Shown here: positions 1 through 4,554 of the stretch, piece after piece
Position numbering within the stretch: the stretch's first letter is position 1
Layout of the letters: every line of letters starts with the position of its first letter
Origin: Candidatus Nanopusillus sp.
Lineage (GTDB): Archaea > Nanobdellota > Nanobdellia > Nanobdellales > Nanobdellaceae
Assembly (NCBI GenBank): GCA_046536775.1
Contig: JAWDMD010000023.1
Location: 1-6,398 of the forward strand
Reading direction: 5' to 3'
Length of the DNA stretch: 6,398 nucleotides
The notes under the pieces: model-generated
What the model was told of the DNA's origin: nothing
The model's database searches: none
The model's input: only the letters and a program-made list of their open reading frames with translations
Position numbers and translations under genes: made by a program

Positions 1-416
1 CCGAGTATGAATATTACTATTAATGTAAAGATAATTATTGCAGATGTTAACAATATTATTCTTGCTCTATTACCAAGTTGTATTTCTCCACTCTTTTCTT
101 GTCTCTGTAAAAATGGAGAAATTGCCAAGATAAGGAAAAATACTGTTAATAAAAATAATACTATATATGGAATTAGTGTTCTTAATGATAATACAACATT
201 TGCAGATCCAACTATAAAAAACCCAGTAGCTGCAGATACAATTGATATTAAACTTCTTGTAACCTTTCCTTTATCCCCCTCGGCAAAAGGATCACCTAAA
301 ATTTTATAATTACTCAATATACCATACATTACAGCATAAACTAATAGGAATGGCAATATAACATTAAAGAATCCAAGGTTGTTCAATAATGTTATAAACG
401 TATCATAAAATGCCAT
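1..416 (-). CDS. Integral membrane protein, N-terminal 138 codons; the gene continues past the left edge of the window
   Basis: This ORF is absent from the supplied track because it has no stop codon inside the window. Hand translation of the reverse strand from ATG (complement of cat at 414-416) gives MAFYDTFITLLNNLGFFNVILPFLLVYAVMYGILSNYKILGDPFAEGDKGKVTRSLISIVSAATGFFIVGSANVVLSLRTLIPYIVLFLLTVFFLILAISPFLQRQEKSGEIQLGNRARIILLTSAIIIFTLIVIFIL... The frame stays open to position 1. It has four clean ~20-residue hydrophobic segments separated by charged loops. It lies 26 nt downstream of the second ferredoxin on the same strand. I recognise no family. Confidence 0.6.
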   Translation of the reverse strand, partial: MAFYDTFITLLNNLGFFNVILPFLLVYAVMYGILSNYKILGDPFAEGDKGKVTRSLISIVSAATGFFIVGSANVVLSLRTLIPYIVLFLLTVFFLILAISPFLQRQEKSGEIQLGNRARIILLTSAIIIFTLIVIFIL

Positions 417-442
417 ATTTAAAAATAATATTTCATAATTTA

Positions 443-655
443 TTAATCTTTATCTGATATTTCTTCGTAATATATAGCATTTGTAGGACATGCCTTTGCG
501 GCAATTTTTATATCTTCTATATCTTCTTCAGAAGAAATTGTATTATTTTTTATTACTATCCTATTATTTTCAATTGAAAAAATGTTTTTATTTATCAAAT
601 AGCATGCCAAACAATTTATACATTTACTATAATCAATATCTACTATATATTTCAT
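443..655 (-). CDS. Small monocluster [4Fe-4S]-type ferredoxin, the divergent second copy
   Basis: The 70-aa ORF carries CxxCxxC (CINCLAC) plus a distal CP (KACPTNAI), the four-ligand pattern of single-cluster ferredoxins. Its size and layout match the upstream paralog. Its start ATG (655-653) overlaps the upstream TAA (657-655) by 1 nt, read as TAATG on the minus strand. Confidence 0.8.
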   Translation of the reverse strand: MKYIVDIDYSKCINCLACYLINKNIFSIENNRIVIKNNTISSEEDIEDIKIAAKACPTNAIYYEEISDKD

Positions 656-864
656 TAATCATTTACATCTTCTATCTTAATTGAATGTGTTGGGCATGCA
701 ACTTCAGCATCTCTTGCTTTTTGTATTAAATTTGTATCTTCAATAACTTCAACTTTTGCTTTTGCTTTTCCATCAGAATCGAATTCATATATTTCTGGTG
801 CAATTGCAATACAGGTTCCGCAACCAATGCAAGTATCTTTATCAACCCATGTTTTTATTTTCAT
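655..864 (-). CDS. Monocluster [4Fe-4S] ferredoxin, Pyrococcus/Thermotoga type
   Basis: The 69-aa ORF contains DKDTCIGCGTC ... KVEVIED ... ACPTHSI. It closely resembles, from memory, the P. furiosus ferredoxin blocks DQDTCIGDAIC ... KVEVIED ... ACPVSAI. It has all four Cys ligands and lacks the extra disulfide cysteines of the Pyrococcus protein. Confidence 0.9.
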   Translation of the reverse strand: MKIKTWVDKDTCIGCGTCIAIAPEIYEFDSDGKAKAKVEVIEDTNLIQKARDAEVACPTHSIKIEDVND

Positions 865-887
865 ACAGAATATATCGATGTTATACC

Positions 888-896
888 TTATAAATA
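888..896. promoter_or_regulatory. TATA-like box (TTATAAATA) in the 51-nt divergent spacer, possibly shared by both flanking genes
   Basis: The element is centred about 25 nt upstream of the GTG at 916 on the + strand. It is about 27 nt upstream of the ATG at 864 on the - strand, where it reads TTTATAAG. This is the archaeal TATA-to-TSS spacing if both mRNAs are leaderless. The AT-rich background weakens specificity. Confidence 0.35.
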
Positions 897-915
897 TTAA
901 AAATATAAATAGAGC

Positions 916-1743
916 GTGGAATTAAATGATATTTTTGTTAGAGTAACAGATATAACAGATTATATTTTTTGTCCTAGAAAAGTTTATCTAAAAAGAGTTT
1001 TAAGATATTCGGAAGAAGATACTGAACAGAAAATATTTGGATCAATTGTTCATTCTTTATTTGATAAAATAAATGAAAAAGAGAAGGAAATAATATTTAA
1101 TATAAAAGAGTTTGTTGAATATGAAAAAATATTAAATTTATATAATCATTTTTTAATGGAATTACTGGAGGAATCTATAAAAGAATTTGAGGAACAAATA
1201 AAAAATTTAAGTTTAGATAAAAATGGTATAAAAATAAAGGCATATAGCTATGTAATAAAGGATATAGAAGATAGAGCAAAAAATGTATTTAATTTTATGA
1301 AAGATAAAGATGTATATGGAATAGAATTATGGGAATTCTTAGAACCAAAAATAAAGACAGAACTTGATGTTACATCTTTAAAATATAATATAGTTGGAAG
1401 GATTGATAGACTAGAAATATATAAAAAACAAATGATACCTTACGAAATAAAATCTGGATTTTTTAGAAGGGAACATATTACTCAATTATATTCATATTAT
1501 TTATTATTAAAAGACGAATTTCCAAATTATGATATAAAAAAAGGGATGTTATTATATGCAAAAGATAACCATAAAATAGAAATAGAGTTTAGAAATAATA
1601 GTGAAATAAATAAAATACTTGATATAAAAGATAAAATAATTAATATGGTAGACAAAAAAGAGGACCCTGGAAAAAAATTCTCTGAAAAATGCAAAAAATG
1701 TGCTTTTTATAATATTTGTTGGAAAAATGGAAATAAAAATTGA
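916..1743 (+). CDS. cas4: Cas4/DUF83-family PD-(D/E)xK nuclease with a four-cysteine Fe-S cluster signature; no CRISPR or other cas genes in the window
   Basis: Family motifs present: N-terminal DYIFCPRKVYL (the Cas4 CPRK cysteine), GSIVHSLF, GRIDRLE (motif II Asp), PYEIKSG (ExK), QLYSYYLLL (QxxxY), and C-terminal CKKCAFYNIC (Cx2Cx5C). The start is GTG at 916, the first start codon after the in-frame TAG at 910-912. A K/E-rich segment of about 90 aa (residues ~50-140) is inserted relative to typical ~200-aa Cas4 proteins. Confidence 0.85.
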   Translation: MELNDIFVRVTDITDYIFCPRKVYLKRVLRYSEEDTEQKIFGSIVHSLFDKINEKEKEIIFNIKEFVEYEKILNLYNHFLMELLEESIKEFEEQIKNLSLDKNGIKIKAYSYVIKDIEDRAKNVFNFMKDKDVYGIELWEFLEPKIKTELDVTSLKYNIVGRIDRLEIYKKQMIPYEIKSGFFRREHITQLYSYYLLLKDEFPNYDIKKGMLLYAKDNHKIEIEFRNNSEINKILDIKDKIINMVDKKEDPGKKFSEKCKKCAFYNICWKNGNKN

Positions 1744-2491
1744 TACTAGAAAAAGTATATATGAAAATATAAATGAGGTATATGAAAAGATAAAAGAATT
1801 AAAAAATAAAAGACAAAAAATAGAAAGTTTGATAAAAGAATTGGAAGAAAAATTAAATAATATTGAGGAAAAAATAATTATTGAAAAAAAGAAGGAAGAA
1901 ATTAAGAGAAATAAAAAATGGTATGAGAAATTTAGATGGATGTTTACAACAAATAACTTTCTATTAATCGCTGGAAAAGATTCTGTCACAAATGAAATTA
2001 TTATAAATAAATATTTAGAAAAAAATGATTTAGTATTTCATGCGGATATTGTTGGATCTCCTTTTGGTATATTAAAAAATGGAAGAGATGCAAGTGAAAT
2101 AGATATATATGAAGCTGCAAAATTCGTTGGATCATATTCTAGAGCATGGAAAGATAAATTATCATCTATAGATGTATATTATGTATATCCGGATCAGGTA
2201 TCAAAAAAAGCACCTTCTGGAATGTATTTAAAAAAAGGTTCTTTTATGATATATGGTGAAAAGAATTATATAAAAGTAAATTTAGAAATTGCATTGGCAT
2301 TTGAAGATTATAATATTATTTCGGGGGTACCTGAAAGTATAAAAGATAAATATAAAAATTATGTTATATTAGTTCCTGGAAATAAAAAACCAATTGATAT
2401 TGCAAAACAATTAGAAAATATTTTTAAAGTTGATTATAATATTATAGTAGGATATCTTCCTGGTGATAGTGATATACTATCTATCAAGTAA
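1727..2491 (+). CDS. NFACT-R (DUF814) domain protein: the C-terminal half of an NEMF/Rqc2/RqcH-type ribosome quality control factor, lacking the NFACT-N and HhH parts
   Basis: WYEKFRWMFTTNNFLLIAGKDSVTNEIIINKYL..DLVFHAD...AAKFVGSYSRAW...VSKKAPSGMYLKKGSFMIYGEKNY matches the conserved NFACT-R core. From memory, human NEMF reads [24 protein letters not shown]. It is preceded by IKIDTRKSIYENINEVYEKIKELK and a K/E coiled coil, as in the helical hairpin of full-length homologs. I prefer ATG 1727 (MEIKIDT, 17-nt overlap with cas4) over the track start at 1700 (44-nt overlap). Confidence 0.85.
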   Translation: MEIKIDTRKSIYENINEVYEKIKELKNKRQKIESLIKELEEKLNNIEEKIIIEKKKEEIKRNKKWYEKFRWMFTTNNFLLIAGKDSVTNEIIINKYLEKNDLVFHADIVGSPFGILKNGRDASEIDIYEAAKFVGSYSRAWKDKLSSIDVYYVYPDQVSKKAPSGMYLKKGSFMIYGEKNYIKVNLEIALAFEDYNIISGVPESIKDKYKNYVILVPGNKKPIDIAKQLENIFKVDYNIIVGYLPGDSDILSIK

Positions 2492-2496
2492 TAACT

Positions 2497-2504
2497 TTTA
2501 TAAA
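2497..2504 (+). promoter_or_regulatory. TATA box (TTTATAAA) for the surface-protein gene
   Basis: The box is centred about 26 nt upstream of ATG 2527, in the 35-nt spacer after the NFACT-R stop codon. The spacing fits a leaderless transcript. Confidence 0.4.
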
Positions 2505-2526
2505 TTTTTCCATCATAAATTAAATT

Positions 2527-4443
2527 ATGGATAACAGAGTAGTGGTAACAATAAGTAGATTATTTAGTTTTTTAATAGGGGTAGTATTATTAGCACTTGG
2601 TATACATTCACAAGAATTACTAATAGAACCACAAACACAAACATTATTAGCAAATGCAGCAAACAATTCAACATTTATAATAAAGTTATATGGAGTAAAT
2701 CAGATACCTGAGGAGGCATATATGTATTTTAATATATATGCACCAAATGGACAATTAATATATCAATATTATGAACCAATAACAGTATGTACAGGATTAA
2801 ATATATATCAAGTATCAGTAAATCCTTTAGAATTGGAGAATTTAGTACAACAGTATAATTATTCATGTACATATTATGGATGTTCAACACCGCAATATAC
2901 TTTTACAGTACAGGCAAATGTAACATTATTATATCCATCTGGTTTAGAAGATGTAACATCAAGTCAATCATATAATTTAGCATTTGTACCATATAATTTA
3001 ACATTATCATTAATACAATTACCAGAAGTAATTTCACAACAACAAGCACAACAATATGGAATAAATGTACAATCAGTAGTATATTTACAAAATGTTGAAA
3101 CAAACATACAATCCTCTACATTAACATTAACATTATACAATTCACAAGGAAATATTGTATATCAAACACAAGAAAATGTAAATTTGCAATCAGGAGAGAA
3201 TTTATTGACTATAAATATACCAAACTATTATTTAGAAAATGTACAAGGACAAATGTATGTATTAGAACAATTGAATGTTATATTATCTAATGGACAAGTA
3301 TTAACACAACAAGCAGAACAATCATTTTATATATCAAATAATCAAAATGGACAAAACATACAAGTAGTTTCAGTATCACCAAACTTCAATTCATTGAACA
3401 ATTTAGTAAATTCTGTATATAATGTAGAAGTATTAATGGAGAATTCAGGTTATCAGACAGTAAATGCAACAGTTCAAATGTTACTATATGATCAATATGG
3501 GGATTTAATATACAATCTACAAGGTTCACAAATAATATCTTCAGGTTCTCAAGGGGAAGTAACATTACCATTAAATACAATAGGATTACAGCCAGGATAT
3601 TATACAATAGTATTATATATATATCAAAATGGAGCAGAAATATATCAATATAATTATACAATAACAATAAATGAACAACAAATACAACCAGTAAATGTAT
3701 TAAGTGTATATGCAAATACATTTAATGTAAAACCAGGACAATTTATAGAATTATATGCAAATTTAGAATCTAACTTACCAATGAATATACAAGTACAACC
3801 AATAGTAGAATCACAACAATTAAATATATTCCAACAATTATCAACAGTAACATTATTACAAAATCAAGTAACACAATTGCCAATAGTAATATATATTCCA
3901 GAGAATTTAACAGCAGGATATTATCCAGTACAATTTGTATTTAATTATAATGGAATATCACAAACATATACATATAATCTATATGTAAATGGAACAAAAA
4001 TAATAACAAAACCAATAAGTGCATCTTTGGTTGGATATCTACCATTAAAATATGGAGAAAATTCAACAATATATCTAGTAATAAGTTCAAATACAACAGA
4101 AATATATAATTTATTAATACAGGCATATGCATCTGGAGGAGAAGTATATCCAGAACAACAAGAAGTACAGATAGGGGGTATGTATAATGAACAAATACCA
4201 TTAAATGTAACTGCAGAAAGTAATAATGTAACAATATATGTAAATGTAATAGATCAACAAACAGGACAAGTATTATATTCATTAAATGAAACATATTCTG
4301 TATCCCAAGGATCTTCAGTAGCATTACCATCATCAGAATTGATATTCTGGATATTAGTAGTATTAGCAATAATAATAATAGCTGCAGTATTAATGGAATC
4401 AAGAAGAGGTGGTAAAAAAGAAAAGGAAAAAGCTGAAGAATAG
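2527..4443 (+). CDS. Large surface-exposed glycoprotein (S-layer-like or adhesin-like): signal peptide, tandem beta-sandwich-like repeats, C-terminal TM anchor with a K/E tail
   Basis: The N-terminal hydrophobic segment is SRLFSFLIGVVLLALGIHS followed by QE. The C-terminal TM segment is LIFWILVVLAIIIIAAVLM, followed by ESRRGGKKEKEKAEE. Hand counts give 14 N-x-S/T sequons and about 68 Q plus 66 N in 638 aa. Residues 29-604 contain only 5 K and 0 R. A recurring module of about 100 aa carries ..Y..xG.(I/L)(I/V)YQ.. and ..(P/A)GYY.(I/V).(F/L).. motifs: NIYAPNGQLIYQ, LYNSQGNIVYQ, LYDQYGDLIYN, LQPGYYTIVLYIY, LTAGYYPVQFVFNY and DQQTGQVLYS. No specific family is recognised. Confidence 0.8.
   Translation: MDNRVVVTISRLFSFLIGVVLLALGIHSQELLIEPQTQTLLANAANNSTFIIKLYGVNQIPEEAYMYFNIYAPNGQLIYQYYEPITVCTGLNIYQVSVNPLELENLVQQYNYSCTYYGCSTPQYTFTVQANVTLLYPSGLEDVTSSQSYNLAFVPYNLTLSLIQLPEVISQQQAQQYGINVQSVVYLQNVETNIQSSTLTLTLYNSQGNIVYQTQENVNLQSGENLLTINIPNYYLENVQGQMYVLEQLNVILSNGQVLTQQAEQSFYISNNQNGQNIQVVSVSPNFNSLNNLVNSVYNVEVLMENSGYQTVNATVQMLLYDQYGDLIYNLQGSQIISSGSQGEVTLPLNTIGLQPGYYTIVLYIYQNGAEIYQYNYTITINEQQIQPVNVLSVYANTFNVKPGQFIELYANLESNLPMNIQVQPIVESQQLNIFQQLSTVTLLQNQVTQLPIVIYIPENLTAGYYPVQFVFNYNGISQTYTYNLYVNGTKIITKPISASLVGYLPLKYGENSTIYLVISSNTTEIYNLLIQAYASGGEVYPEQQEVQIGGMYNEQIPLNVTAESNNVTIYVNVIDQQTGQVLYSLNETYSVSQGSSVALPSSELIFWILVVLAIIIIAAVLMESRRGGKKEKEKAEE
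4414..4431 (-). terminator. T-rich tract on the minus strand (T5-CC-T4-C-T6), a candidate archaeal oligo-T terminator for the sRNA/operon transcript
   Basis: This is the complement of the purine-rich codons for the GGKKEKEK tail of the convergent surface-protein gene. It is the first T-rich run on the minus strand after the candidate D box (4451), 20-37 nt downstream of it. Confidence 0.3.
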
Positions 4444-4449
4444 TTTTTT
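4444..4449 (+). terminator. T6 run immediately after the TAG stop of the surface-protein gene (archaeal oligo-T terminator candidate)
   Basis: The sequence tagTTTTTTatctgtttgc lies directly after the stop codon. Further T5 runs occur at 4472-4476 and 4522-4526. Confidence 0.35.
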
Positions 4450-4450
4450 A

Positions 4451-4498
4451 TCTGTTTGCTTTAATTCATCATTTTTCAGCCTGGGACGGTTTCTTCAT
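4451..4498 (-). ncRNA. Candidate box C/D guide sRNA
   Basis: The minus strand reads AUGAAGA (C, 4498-4492), then the 12-nt spacer AACCGUCCCAGG, then CUGA (D', 4479-4476), then AAA, then AUGAUGA (C', 4472-4466), then the 11-nt spacer AUUAAAGCAAA, then CAGA (D, 4454-4451). The internal D'/C' pair is canonical and both spacings fit the archaeal layout. The terminal C and D boxes each deviate by one base. Confidence 0.45.
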
Positions 4499-4500
4499 TT

Positions 4501-4554
4501 TGTACCCCCACTAACTCAACCTTTTTCATCTATCTAAGGTTACCCTAGTAGGGG
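4501..4554 (-). ncRNA. Candidate single-hairpin H/ACA-like guide sRNA; the alternative is a long structured hairpin in the 3' UTR
   Basis: The minus strand reads CCCCUAC / UAGGGU / AACCUU / AGAUAGAUGAAA / AAGGUU / GAGUUA / GUGGGGG / U / ACA. The parts are a 7-bp lower stem, a 6+6 internal loop, a 6-bp upper stem, an apical loop with a GA...GA K-loop-like arrangement, and ACA at 4503-4501. The ACA lies 14 nt from the base of the upper stem. The G-U wobbles make the fold specific to the minus strand. The local region is about 47% G+C. Confidence 0.35.

Noticed and set aside
7-309. Track ORF of 100 aa on the + strand
   Set aside because: It lies entirely antisense to a longer open frame (1-416, minus) that encodes four clean TM helices. 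Its own product has no recognisable features. I treat it as a shadow ORF.
490-684. Track ORF of 64 aa on the + strand
   Set aside because: It is antisense to the two ferredoxin genes and spans their junction. Its L/Y/F-rich low-complexity product is typical of AT-rich antisense frames.
1700-1726. Upstream ATG at 1700 as the NFACT-R start (MLFIIFVGK...)
   Set aside because: It adds nine hydrophobic residues with no counterpart in NFACT proteins and lengthens the overlap with cas4 to 44 nt. ATG 1727 begins exactly at the conserved IxID...N..Y.K motif. The 1700 start is not fully excluded.
1727-1743. Programmed frameshift fusing Cas4 to the NFACT-R protein
   Set aside because: I saw no slippery heptamer or downstream structure. 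Both proteins are complete domains on their own, since the Cas4 C-terminal Cys triad ends before the overlap. A short overlap is ordinary operon packing here.
1552-1989. Track ORF of 145 aa on the - strand
   Set aside because: It is antisense to the Cas4 3' end and the NFACT-R 5' end, both of which have strong family motifs. Its F/I/S-rich product mirrors the K/E/N-rich sense codons.
2903-4402. Three minus-strand track ORFs (2903-3103, 3386-3721, 3941-4402) inside the surface-protein gene
   Set aside because: Their L/H/M/I-rich nonsense composition is produced by the complement of the CAA/AAT/ACA-rich sense frame. They have no start context or motifs. They are shadow ORFs.
2527-4443. DNA-level tandem repeats or a contingency locus inside the surface-protein gene
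   Set aside because: The repetition is visible only at the protein-motif level. I did not find long exact or near-exact nucleotide repeats, so I do not call a repeat feature.
4543-4553. Perfect palindrome CCCTA-G-TAGGG as a stand-alone hairpin or protein-binding site
   Set aside because: A full hairpin would have a 1-nt loop, which is sterically impossible. The arms are better explained as part of the larger minus-strand fold. A 3-bp CCC/GGG mini-hairpin remains a competing local structure.
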